Shown in pieces: positions 53,052 through 62,611 of a stretch of DNA of 64,000 nucleotides (the stretch's first letter is position 1; each line of letters opens with the position of its first letter). The notes under the pieces were generated by a model. That model saw only the letters and a program-made list of their open reading frames with translations, searched no databases and was not told the DNA's origin. A program made the position numbers and the translations under genes. This DNA is from an uncultured Verrucomicrobiae bacterium (GTDB lineage Bacteria; Verrucomicrobiota; Verrucomicrobiia; Chthoniobacterales; JAFAMB01). The stretch is from NCBI GenBank assembly GCA_963837955.1, contig CAWIPH010000002.1, positions 3,328,001 to 3,392,000 of the forward strand. The letters are read 5' to 3'.

Positions 53052-53795
53052 ATGAAGATGCTCTTTGTCGCCGACCTGCACTACGCACTCAAACAGTTTG
53101 ATTGGCTGATAGCCAGTGCGGCTAATTACAACCCGGTCATCATAGGTGGTGATCTCCTCGACCTGGGTTCGGTGCTGGACGCTGACATCCAGATCATGGT
53201 GATTGAAAAATATCTTTATCGCCTTCGCCAGCACACCAGCGTGGTCGTTTGCTCAGGCAATCACGATCTTGACGGTTGCAATGCCGCAGGCGAAGCGGTC
53301 GCAAGTTGGCTGCACGACGTGAAAGCCGAAAATCTCTTTGTCGACGGCACCAGCGTCGAACTCTCCGGCGCTCTCTTAACGATTTGTCCATGGTGGGACG
53401 GCGCGGTTTCACGTGCCAAAGTGGAAGCAGACTTGGCGCGGCAGGCCGGTAACAGCAAAAGACCGTGGATCTGGGTTTATCATGCTCCCCCGGCCGGTTC
53501 GGCAGTTAGTTGGAACGGCACAAAGTTCGCGGGGGATGAATTCTTGCGAGAATCGATCACCCGCTTTGGTCCAGACCTTGTGCTCAGCGGTCACATTCAC
53601 AACGCGCCGTTCTACGAAGGAGGTTCGTGGATAGATCGCATCGGCCAAACGTGGGTCTTTAATGTAGGGCGCCAACCAGGTCCCTGGCCAACCTATATCG
53701 TGCTCGACCCCGACACGATGACGGCGAAGTGGACCTCCTTCGAGAAAGAAGCGATATACCCTCTAAGACACGACATTTCTCGACATTTCTCCTAG
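53052..53795 (+). CDS. Metallophosphoesterase (calcineurin-like)
   Basis: ADLH, GGDLLD, SGNHD, YHAPP, SGHIH. Confidence 0.92.
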   Translation: MKMLFVADLHYALKQFDWLIASAANYNPVIIGGDLLDLGSVLDADIQIMVIEKYLYRLRQHTSVVVCSGNHDLDGCNAAGEAVASWLHDVKAENLFVDGTSVELSGALLTICPWWDGAVSRAKVEADLARQAGNSKRPWIWVYHAPPAGSAVSWNGTKFAGDEFLRESITRFGPDLVLSGHIHNAPFYEGGSWIDRIGQTWVFNVGRQPGPWPTYIVLDPDTMTAKWTSFEKEAIYPLRHDISRHFS

Positions 53796-53990
53796 GTAGT
53801 CCACAAAACACAACACCCTGCTTGCTAGGGCTTGCTGCATAGTTTTGGCTTCCAATGCCGCCAGCGCATCGCGTAGATTTCGCGAACTTCCATTGGCGTG
53901 AATGATTGACACACCCCCGTAGATTGAATTAGCAGCACGAACTCGCCGAATGAGACGATCCGAATTGGGCCAGACCTCCTTGCGCTGGCA

Positions 53991-56033
53991 TTGGGGGCTT
54001 TTTGCGTTGCCTCACTCGCTCTGGGGCTTTGTGTCATCCAAGGGACGGTCGGATATCCTGTTCGCAAGGTGATTGCCCTTGATCCGGGTAAATTCCGCCC
54101 GGCTGGGGATTTTGGCTATTCGGCCCCTTTGCCCGCTGGGTACTCGCCCAAAGGTCCCCAAGCCGCGTCTGTTAGGCTACGAGAAGATGGTAAACTTTTT
54201 TCCCACTATTCATCAAAGGACACGGACGCCACCGGTATTGGGCAAGGAATCCTTTCGATTCCGGCCAAGGGACGATTAACGTTTTCGACTTCTGATAACT
54301 CGGATCCGCGCACAAATCGAAGAAGCTATAGCGCCGATTTGCCACTGCATATCCCGAAAGCGGTTCTCTTCGGCTGCTTCGCGTTTTGGGTAACCGCGGC
54401 AATCTGCGTTTCCGTTGGATTAAGTGAGCGAAAGGAAGTCGCATCGGTCTGGATTCGGCGGCTTAGCGCTACCGGCGGATCGATCCTGGCGGTAGCGGGA
54501 AAATGGCCTCCCCTGGTCCTTTCTCTTCCGTCGATTTATTTCCTCAGTTCTTATCCGCCGCTCTGGAAGGGCATCGACGCTACTTGTCAACTCACATCCC
54601 GGGCGGAAGCCATAAACATTCTGGGCTGGCCGCCAATTTATTGTTTTCTTGGTCGCATCCCTTTTGCAGTGGTCACCTGGATTGCTGGCGGGTCTCCAGT
54701 GTCTTTATACCAGGAGCAAGAGCCATCACTGGCGGGCGTTTATCTTCTAATCGTTTTTCAGCATATCATCTTAATCGCTTCACTTACCTACACGGTCATC
54801 TCTCTTACTCAAAACCGCCTATTGCGCGGCCTTCTTGCATTGTCCTTAGCATCAATGAGCGGTGTCTTCGCTTACGCGCAGTCTTGCGGATCAGAGGCAT
54901 TGAGTGCACCCGCGATGTTTGTGGTACTAGCGGCCGGCCTAAGTATCATGCGCGGTTCGAAGCCGACCGCTTGGATCGCGTACGGCATCGCGCTCTTTTT
55001 CGCGATCGGGATCCGGCACATCAACGTTGTTTTCGTTATCTGGCTGCCCATGACGCTGGGTTTTCTTGGCTTTGCCGCAAGAATCGGATGGCTTTCGCCA
55101 CAAGCTAAAGCGTTTCCCTGGCAAGCTTTGGTCGCTGCAGCATCGATCGGTATCGCGGCGATGAGTGTGAACGTTTTGCTTGCTCGAGCGATGATAGTAT
55201 CAGTCCATGACGAGTATCGTTCCGCTATTGGACGTACCATCAGGTTTCGCCTTGAACCTTTCTTCGCTAAAATGCCAGTAACCGCGCGGCTCCAGCTGGC
55301 TCATGATCTCCAGACCAACGCCTCGAATTCAGCGGTCGCAGTCGCAATCGAGTCACTAGCAACGGCGGGATCTAATTATGGTGCCGTCGATCGCGCGATT
55401 TTCGATGAATTAGGTCGCTTGCAGGTGCCGGCGGCTAAAGTCCAAGCCGAATATGACCGAGTTCTCGAGGCTGGGACCATGCGCTACCTTATGACATTCC
55501 ATCCGGTTCTGATCGGCGTAATCTGGACGGATTTTGCCAAGGGTTTAAACTCGGGCAACGCTAAAATTGCGGACACCCCTTTCTACCAGAACTTGTGGGG
55601 CGCGCAGAATGAAGGCGAACGCCGTTACGCTGAGACCAGGCTGAGAAACTTGCCATTTGTGGAGCTGCCGGAGGCAACTGTGATCCTGGATGCTGCTAGA
55701 CGTGATCCGTATGTTAATCTTTGGCACGGCTTGCCGCTCGGACTGTTGGTCGTAATAGCCGTTTTTCTCTCTGGCCTAGGTTGGGTAGCTGACCGAAAAA
55801 TCTCTGGCACAGCTCTTATGAGCTGGTCGGCGCTCGCGACAGGCATCGCACTATTTGCGGCAAACTGCGTATTGGTGCCATATGAGGAGCGCTATGCGTT
55901 ACCTTTTTTGATAACGACAGTTTTTGCGTTGCTCACCTCAGTAACTCTGTTGGCCGAGGCGGAAAAAGGTTCGATGATCTCCAAGTTGGGCATTTTCCAC
56001 GCTCGCCCGAATGAAGAGCACAGAATGCGGTAA
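53991..56033 (+). CDS. Multi-pass membrane protein with N-terminal FSTSDNSDP domain
   Basis: 680-aa ORF with many hydrophobic segments; start uncertain. Confidence 0.75.
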   Translation: MGAFCVASLALGLCVIQGTVGYPVRKVIALDPGKFRPAGDFGYSAPLPAGYSPKGPQAASVRLREDGKLFSHYSSKDTDATGIGQGILSIPAKGRLTFSTSDNSDPRTNRRSYSADLPLHIPKAVLFGCFAFWVTAAICVSVGLSERKEVASVWIRRLSATGGSILAVAGKWPPLVLSLPSIYFLSSYPPLWKGIDATCQLTSRAEAINILGWPPIYCFLGRIPFAVVTWIAGGSPVSLYQEQEPSLAGVYLLIVFQHIILIASLTYTVISLTQNRLLRGLLALSLASMSGVFAYAQSCGSEALSAPAMFVVLAAGLSIMRGSKPTAWIAYGIALFFAIGIRHINVVFVIWLPMTLGFLGFAARIGWLSPQAKAFPWQALVAAASIGIAAMSVNVLLARAMIVSVHDEYRSAIGRTIRFRLEPFFAKMPVTARLQLAHDLQTNASNSAVAVAIESLATAGSNYGAVDRAIFDELGRLQVPAAKVQAEYDRVLEAGTMRYLMTFHPVLIGVIWTDFAKGLNSGNAKIADTPFYQNLWGAQNEGERRYAETRLRNLPFVELPEATVILDAARRDPYVNLWHGLPLGLLVVIAVFLSGLGWVADRKISGTALMSWSALATGIALFAANCVLVPYEERYALPFLITTVFALLTSVTLLAEAEKGSMISKLGIFHARPNEEHRMR

Positions 56034-56047
56034 CGATGGAGAAACTG

Positions 56048-56539
56048 TCAATCCAGCGGCTGGCCTTGCCGGATAGTTGAATCGCTCGGACGCATGCGGG
56101 CGCGGGGCTTGCGGTGCATCAGGGTTTCGAGAACCTGATCGACCATTCCAATATGATCATGATCCTCGTACTGGCGTTTGATGTCGCGGAGGTATTCCAG
56201 CATCGCGTTAAGCCGGGTCGCCAGCGTCTCGCATACACAAAAACATAACGCAGGCGACGATGCGAGAAACGCACGAGGATTTGCCACGATATAAAAAGCG
56301 CACGGCTTTACCGCACTAACAGTGGCGAGGTGGTTGCCGCCGAGGAGCGTGGAAAGTTCACCGAATACTGTTCCCGGCTCTGAAGTGGCGAATAGGAGCA
56401 CGTCTTCCTTGCGGACTTCGACTGCGCCTTCAATCAGAAAATACAAGAGACCGGTACGTTCCCCTTCCTTGATGACAGTCTGACCGGTGTTAAACCGACG
56501 CACTTCAAAGTCAGTGAGCAGCTCGAGTATCGACGACAT
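56048..56539 (-). CDS. Cyclic nucleotide-binding domain protein
   Basis: VIKEGE..LLYFLIEGAVEV, VFGELSTLL; no obvious HTH. Confidence 0.85.
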   Translation of the reverse strand: MSSILELLTDFEVRRFNTGQTVIKEGERTGLLYFLIEGAVEVRKEDVLLFATSEPGTVFGELSTLLGGNHLATVSAVKPCAFYIVANPRAFLASSPALCFCVCETLATRLNAMLEYLRDIKRQYEDHDHIGMVDQVLETLMHRKPRARMRPSDSTIRQGQPLD

Positions 56540-56633
56540 TCGAGTGGACTATATCGGCTATCATAACGGGCGTAAACACAGGTTAAGTTGATAAGCCGGA
56601 TATTTACTTTCTCAGCCAGGATCCCTCTCACGT

Positions 56634-58058
56634 TTAAAAGAGGAAAGTAAACCGAAAGGTTAGCGCCCAGGCGCTGCCCAACTTGGAACTTGCTCCCGGC
56701 GTGGGAATATAGCTGACGGCGGGTTGAAAGAAGGTGCCGGCGACCAAGCGGGCCTGGTAGTAACCCTGGAACATGAGTTCACTGGAGCGGTCGAACAGGT
56801 CCGGGTTTAGCCATGACCAAGCCATGCCGACGCCGACGGAATCGCCAGGCCGATGCGGCACAAGGCCGAAGCCAGTAAAGCCCAGGCCGAGGTATTCCTT
56901 CACGGGCAGTGTTTCAGAATTGTTGACGCCGAATTGCACGAAGGTCGAAATAGAGGCTTTCCGCTCCCGTTCGCTCGCTGGAATGACGATCTCGTCCTTG
57001 CCATCCGATGCAGTGTTCTCTGACGAGCGACCCCAGATGCGTTGGCCGCCGAACAGGTAGAATCCGCCAGTGCCATTTTCGGAGATGCCTGGCGGTCCGC
57101 GCAGATGGCCGGTCTGATACCATAAACCCGCACCCAATTGCCCTGGGTATTTTCCCGCAGCCACCCAGTCGACCCCAGCTTCCAAGATATTGAAATAATA
57201 GCCATTGAAGTGCGGACCAGTCAGGCCCGTCTGCACTCCACGAGCGACATTCCCATCGTAGAATCCATAGTTAAGGTAGCTGTTTTTCGTTGGTGCTAAC
57301 GTCACGGTGACACCGTAGACGGAGTTATAATAGCCGCCGATAGCTCCGAGCAGCGTCGGATTGACGAAAACGGGCGTATAAAGCAGACCGGTCACAGCAG
57401 GAATGCTCAAAGCCTCATCCTGGGTAGGAACGGGACGCGCCACGTTGTTGAAATCGTACGTGGGAACGATTTTCCCGATCCGGAAGACGATCTTATCGTC
57501 GAAGAGAGTCCGGCGGTACCAAAGCTGGTAAAGCTCTGAGCGATCCAGCGGCTTGGCACCCGGCAGGCTGTTATAGCCTTGCACGCTGCCAGCCTGGACG
57601 TTGGTATTCTGCCCGTTGAACTGAAGAAACTGAATGGCGAAGGATGCGCCTTGCCAGTTCAGGAGCTTTTCGGCGTCGAAATTCGCACCAATGATCAGTG
57701 CACTATTCCAGCTCCATTTACCGGGTTGGGCGCCGCCAGAAATAAGTCCGTTCGTATCCACCAACCAGAGACCGCCGAGCCGCAGTCCGGACTCAGACGG
57801 CAATTGCAGCAAGCGCCCTGCGAGACCGGTGCCGGGAAGTTCGTTCTCAGCGGCCGGGTTACCGGTGATTGAATCGGGAACTTTTACGGCCAGTTGGTCT
57901 GAAACCGAGGCCGCCGGTTCCGCCGGCGGCTCAGCGCAGCGAGCAGATGGCAGAAGGGAGGCGAAGCATAGGAGCACGGCGGCAAAGCACCGAACAAAGC
58001 CAACGTGAAAACAATCATCGAGAGATCGCAAGGGCTGCGCTGCAAGGCCAACCGTCAT
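56634..58058 (-). CDS. OprB family carbohydrate-selective porin
   Basis: LYQLWY, FRIGK, RPGDSVGVG, FQPAVSYI..PG, C-terminal F. Confidence 0.88.
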   Translation of the reverse strand: MTVGLAAQPLRSLDDCFHVGFVRCFAAVLLCFASLLPSARCAEPPAEPAASVSDQLAVKVPDSITGNPAAENELPGTGLAGRLLQLPSESGLRLGGLWLVDTNGLISGGAQPGKWSWNSALIIGANFDAEKLLNWQGASFAIQFLQFNGQNTNVQAGSVQGYNSLPGAKPLDRSELYQLWYRRTLFDDKIVFRIGKIVPTYDFNNVARPVPTQDEALSIPAVTGLLYTPVFVNPTLLGAIGGYYNSVYGVTVTLAPTKNSYLNYGFYDGNVARGVQTGLTGPHFNGYYFNILEAGVDWVAAGKYPGQLGAGLWYQTGHLRGPPGISENGTGGFYLFGGQRIWGRSSENTASDGKDEIVIPASERERKASISTFVQFGVNNSETLPVKEYLGLGFTGFGLVPHRPGDSVGVGMAWSWLNPDLFDRSSELMFQGYYQARLVAGTFFQPAVSYIPTPGASSKLGSAWALTFRFTFLF

Positions 58059-58064
58059 TGACTC

Positions 58065-59012
58065 TCACCAGGGCAACAGATACCAGAGCGCGCCAACCTC
58101 GACAGCAAAGAGGCCTGCCATGAATCCGAGCCCGACAGGGGTGATCCAGGCCGGTGTCTTTTTTTCCGTGAAAAGCCACCAGTCAAACCAACGGATGAAA
58201 AGCGGCATCGTGATAAAAGTTGTTCCGAACACGCTAATGGTGTTGCCGACAAAGGTGGCTAGCGACGCGTGCAGACCCAACGAAGTAAGGATCGGGCTGA
58301 GGAAACGCATCTCCAGCATCACGATCGGAAACAGTCCCAGAATAACGAGAAGAGCGGTCTTCCAGTTTGGCGGACCTTTGCCGGTCATCGGATTGATCGG
58401 CACCCAGCCGGGGAAGGACGTCGCCAGGCGCATCAACTGCTCGTGGTCGATGAAGGCCTTGGATTCCGCGAGCAGTTCCGCCCGCTCCGGGGCCTCCATC
58501 CAGGCTTCGAGGTGCTCGGCGGTGTCGAAGCGCATGATGGTCGTCCAAAGGCCGTCCTTTTCGGTCGGCGGCTGGAGATACATCCCGCGGTAGCCCGCGT
58601 ATTTCGCCTGAGCAGCCTGAATTCTTACCGCCCATTCGCGATACGTGTCGTCCATCCCGGGCTTGATCTTCGAGATGATCACTTCGGTGACGTTCGTGCC
58701 CGGCGGCTCACCGGGCCGGTCTGGTTGGGCGACCTCGCCGAGGCTGCCGCCTTCGAACAACGGGACGGCCTCGCCAACAATTTTGGCTCGTTCGCTGGAC
58801 CGCTGCCAAGCGGTGAGTTCGTCCTGCGAACGGAAATTCAGGACGATCGTCCATTCATTGCTTTCCGGCTGCGAGGGCGGGATGACGTCGCTGCTGATGA
58901 AACCGGGAAATTTGCCGATGACGATGTTGTGGCGCGCTTGCCAGGCGGCGAAGGCCTGGTCTTCGCCGGGGCGAAGTTTGGCGCTGGCAATTAGAACGGC
59001 AGGCGCGCTCAT
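58065..59012 (-). CDS. Tandem ABM-like domain protein with C-terminal TM helices
   Basis: Two repeats (FPGF...F..LTAWQRSSER; YAGY...FDTAEHLEAWMEAPER), then PPNWKTALLV; ATGA overlap with the XDH gene. Confidence 0.82.
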   Translation of the reverse strand: MSAPAVLIASAKLRPGEDQAFAAWQARHNIVIGKFPGFISSDVIPPSQPESNEWTIVLNFRSQDELTAWQRSSERAKIVGEAVPLFEGGSLGEVAQPDRPGEPPGTNVTEVIISKIKPGMDDTYREWAVRIQAAQAKYAGYRGMYLQPPTEKDGLWTTIMRFDTAEHLEAWMEAPERAELLAESKAFIDHEQLMRLATSFPGWVPINPMTGKGPPNWKTALLVILGLFPIVMLEMRFLSPILTSLGLHASLATFVGNTISVFGTTFITMPLFIRWFDWWLFTEKKTPAWITPVGLGFMAGLFAVEVGALWYLLPW

Positions 59013-61762
59013 TTGGACCCTACGAGCACAGGTTCCTCGGCTACCTGCGCTCCTTTGACCGGCGGCGCCCCGTTGGCCAGCTGTGAAAAGATACGGGCCG
59101 CAGTGAAAGGCAGGCTGGTGAAGCGCACGCCGGTCGCGTTCTTGATCGCGTTCGCTATGGCTGGGGCCACGGCATTGATCGCACACTCGCCCTGCGATTT
59201 CGCCCCAAGTGGTCCGATCTTGTCGTAGGTATCGGCAAAAAACAACTCGCTACGCGGGAGATCGGCGAAGGCCGGAATGCGATAATTGCGCAGAGCCGGG
59301 TTCACGATCCGGCCTTCTGCGTTGTGAACCATGTTTTCCGTTAGTGCCCAGCCGATCCCCATGGCGATCGCGCCGTCCAGCTGGCCGCGGCACTGCACGG
59401 GGTTGATCAGGTTACCGATATCAGCGGCGTGGACGCTTTGGAGTATACGGGTTTCGCCCGTAACCAGGTGGACGGCCAGTCGAAACCCTTGAACGTTGAA
59501 TGCGGTGGTCCGCGGCGACAGGTACGCCTTTCGCTTCGCTTCGAAGCGATGGCCGTCCCGGATACCAGCGGCATGGAGATCAACCAGGGAAACCCGATTG
59601 CCGCCAGAGACGACGAAGCCATCCTCGATCCGCCAGGTCGAAGGGTCGGTCCCGGTATGCTGCCCGGCATATTCGAGAATATTGTCCCTGAGCGCGGCGG
59701 CTGTCAGCGCCACCGCCTTGCCCGCGACCACAGTTCCGGTACTGGCGAAAGTCCCAGTGTCATACGGCGTTAGATCGGTATCCGCATTGATGATGTCGAT
59801 GCTATCGGCGCGCGAGGCCAGCACGGAGGCGGCCATCTGACGGTGAGAGGTCACCGATCCATTGCCCATTTCGGTCGAGCCCACCGCAAGGTGATAACGC
59901 CCATCGGGTAGAAGGATCATGACGGCGCCGGAACGATGCTCCGTCGGCGGGCCGCAATCGAGCATGGCGAGCGCGACGCCCGTGCCCTCGGCCCACTCGT
60001 CTCCCTCGGGCTTGGAAGCCCCACGACCTGAGGCTAAGGCCGTTTCGACCAAGTCGAGACATTGATCGAGGCCGTAGCTGCCGAAACCGACGTCACTCGG
60101 ATCCTTCCACACCGACTCGATCCAATCGTCGGGGCGGACCATGTTCTGACGACGAATCGCAAACGGGTCCATCCCGAGCAGCTCGCCCAGTTCGTCGATC
60201 GCGCATTCGATCGCGAAAGTCGATTGCGAGGCGCCATAGCCGCGAAAGCCACCCCCGGGAACAACGTTGGTGTACACAGCGAAGCCGTCCGCCTTTTTGT
60301 TCGTGCAGCGATATGCTGAGAGAGGGCTCCCGAGAGCCGCCGCGAGCGTCTCGCTTCCATGGCCGCCGTAGCCGCCGGTATTCGAGACGACTTTTACCTG
60401 AATCGCTGTGAGCGTCCCGTCGGTTTTTGCCCCCAGCTTCACATGAGTCGTCATCTGATGACGCGTAGTTGCGGCGATGAACTCTTCCTCGCGCGTGAAC
60501 TCCCATTTGACCGGCCGGCCAATCCTAAGGACCGCCAGGACGCAGAGATCCTCGGATACCATCTCCTGCTTGCCGCCGAAACCGCCGCCCACCCGCTCGG
60601 TGAAAACGTGGAGCTTGCCCGGGTTGAGTCCAAAGATATGGCAGAGCTTCTGGTGCACGATGAACGGCCCCTGCGAGCTGGTGCGGACATGAATCCGGCC
60701 GTCGTCCCCCTTCCATGCGATCGAACCGTGCGTTTCCAGATGGACATGCTGGACCCGCGAAGTTGAGTAGGTCATCTCGTGAACGGCGTCGGCTGCCGCG
60801 AACCCATCCTTGACGGAGCCGACCTCGCCATGGATTTCGGCATAGATATTACCCTTCGCCTCGCCCCCTTTATGGTGGAGGATCGGGGCATTCGGCTCCA
60901 TCGCGACCACCGGGTCGAAAACCGCGGGCAGAACTTCGTAATCCACCCGGACCTCGCGACAGGCGGCTTCTGCAGCCGCTTCGCTCTCGGCGACGACCGC
61001 AACCACCCGCTGGCCCACGAAGCGAACGACGTTGTCGAGAACATAGGTGTCGTCGGGGTCGACCAGGTGATCCTCATGTATGGCAGTGCTGAAAAGGCGA
61101 CGGGGAACATCCTCCCAAGTAAAAATCTGGACAACGCCCGGGATCGCCTGCGCCGTCTTGGTATCGATGCTTCGGACGCGCGCGTGGGCATGTGGCGAGC
61201 GTAGCACCTTGAGGTGCAGCAGGTTGTCCACCGCCACGTCCATCGTGTAACGGGCCTTTCCCGTGACGATCGCAGGGCCGAACGGATTTCCAAGGCCCGC
61301 TCCGCAGGCCTTGCCGGCGATGTCCTCTTCTGTGGACTTTCTTCCATGAAGAGCATCGTCGATGCTGCGGTAACCGGTGCAGCGGCAAAGGTTGCCCTTC
61401 AGGCGAAAAGGAAGGTCTTGCTTCTCCTCCTCGGAGAGGCTGGCGGACGTCATGATCATGCCCGCACTGCAAAAGCCGCACTGGAACGCCTGCGCATCGA
61501 GAAACGCCAGCTGCATGGGATGCAAATCGCCGTTGCTGGAGAGGCCCTCGATGGTCGTTACCTCGCGGTTCGCCGCGCGAAAAGCCGGAACCAGACAGCT
61601 ATGCACGGGTTTCCCGTCGAGCCAGACAGTGCAGGCGCCGCAATCACCGGCATCGCAGCCTTTCTTGACTCCGAACCAGCCGAGGCCGCGGACAAAAGTT
61701 CTCAAACACTGGCCAGGCCGAGGTTCGGCGTCGAAGAGTTTCCCGTTGATCTTGTATCTCAT
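59009..61762 (-). CDS. Xanthine dehydrogenase family, fused 2Fe-2S and molybdopterin subunit
   Basis: GCDAGDCGAC, QCGFC, NLCRCTGY, VGGGFGGKQ, FRGYG, GAKSQGE. Confidence 0.94.
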   Translation of the reverse strand: MRYKINGKLFDAEPRPGQCLRTFVRGLGWFGVKKGCDAGDCGACTVWLDGKPVHSCLVPAFRAANREVTTIEGLSSNGDLHPMQLAFLDAQAFQCGFCSAGMIMTSASLSEEEKQDLPFRLKGNLCRCTGYRSIDDALHGRKSTEEDIAGKACGAGLGNPFGPAIVTGKARYTMDVAVDNLLHLKVLRSPHAHARVRSIDTKTAQAIPGVVQIFTWEDVPRRLFSTAIHEDHLVDPDDTYVLDNVVRFVGQRVVAVVAESEAAAEAACREVRVDYEVLPAVFDPVVAMEPNAPILHHKGGEAKGNIYAEIHGEVGSVKDGFAAADAVHEMTYSTSRVQHVHLETHGSIAWKGDDGRIHVRTSSQGPFIVHQKLCHIFGLNPGKLHVFTERVGGGFGGKQEMVSEDLCVLAVLRIGRPVKWEFTREEEFIAATTRHQMTTHVKLGAKTDGTLTAIQVKVVSNTGGYGGHGSETLAAALGSPLSAYRCTNKKADGFAVYTNVVPGGGFRGYGASQSTFAIECAIDELGELLGMDPFAIRRQNMVRPDDWIESVWKDPSDVGFGSYGLDQCLDLVETALASGRGASKPEGDEWAEGTGVALAMLDCGPPTEHRSGAVMILLPDGRYHLAVGSTEMGNGSVTSHRQMAASVLASRADSIDIINADTDLTPYDTGTFASTGTVVAGKAVALTAAALRDNILEYAGQHTGTDPSTWRIEDGFVVSGGNRVSLVDLHAAGIRDGHRFEAKRKAYLSPRTTAFNVQGFRLAVHLVTGETRILQSVHAADIGNLINPVQCRGQLDGAIAMGIGWALTENMVHNAEGRIVNPALRNYRIPAFADLPRSELFFADTYDKIGPLGAKSQGECAINAVAPAIANAIKNATGVRFTSLPFTAARIFSQLANGAPPVKGAQVAEEPVLVGSK

Positions 61763-61771
61763 AAAAATGCT

Positions 61772-62590
61772 TCAGTTAGAAAGTTGCTGGCGAATTTGCT
61801 CGGCGAAGTAATAGGTCAGATGCTGGCGATGACGGGGCGAGCCATGGACGTCGTCGAGGTAGAGGTTAAAAGGCGCGGCGTCGTCCAAGGCGCTCTCCAG
61901 CGTTTCCGCGGAGGGCAGGCTCTTGAAGCGCAGCTGTATCGGTCGCAACGTGGAGGCGGTGACCGTCAGGAGAAATTCCACGCGTTCCGGGCAGAGGGTG
62001 CCGATCAGCAAAACCTCCGAGCGTCCCAAATGGGTAAGAGTGAAGCGGCGGAATGCATAGCTTTTCTTCAGCGCCGACGCGGGCAAAAAGATCGAACGCA
62101 ATAATTCGCCGGGAGCGAGGACGTTTGCGTTATTTCCGGTCACAAAGTCGACCACCGGCACTTTCCGAGGCGCCCCGTTCCGCGGCCAGAGCGTGCAGAT
62201 GCCCTCCAGCGCCGCGGTAAGGGAAATCATCGGTCCGGCCGGCAGCGACATGACGATGTTTCCGCCAACGGTCGCTTCGTTCCAGATCTTGAAAGAAGCA
62301 AGAAACGCCCGGCAGCATTCCGGGAAAAGCAGCGCTGCTTTCCATTCGGGCGGCGCCTTGAAGCGATCGAGTTCTATAATCCGGCAGGTCGCGGCGATCT
62401 CCAGTCCCTCGGGCGAGGTGGACAGCGAGGGCCATTTGAATGATTCCAGGTCGATAAGCGTGTGCGTCGCAACTTGCGGCTCCGAGAATAACCAGGTCCC
62501 GCCCGCCAGCCAGGCGTACCCGCTTTCCCATTTTTTTACGGCGTCCGCCTCGGCCGGCCGCAGTACTTCTGTGATGGTGTTTAGGTCCAT
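61772..62590 (-). CDS. Xanthine dehydrogenase family FAD-binding subunit
   Basis: LAGGTWL, ATVGGNI, LAPGELL. Confidence 0.92.
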   Translation of the reverse strand: MDLNTITEVLRPAEADAVKKWESGYAWLAGGTWLFSEPQVATHTLIDLESFKWPSLSTSPEGLEIAATCRIIELDRFKAPPEWKAALLFPECCRAFLASFKIWNEATVGGNIVMSLPAGPMISLTAALEGICTLWPRNGAPRKVPVVDFVTGNNANVLAPGELLRSIFLPASALKKSYAFRRFTLTHLGRSEVLLIGTLCPERVEFLLTVTASTLRPIQLRFKSLPSAETLESALDDAAPFNLYLDDVHGSPRHRQHLTYYFAEQIRQQLSN

Positions 62591-62611
62591 AAATAGAGGC
62601 GTCTAGATCTC

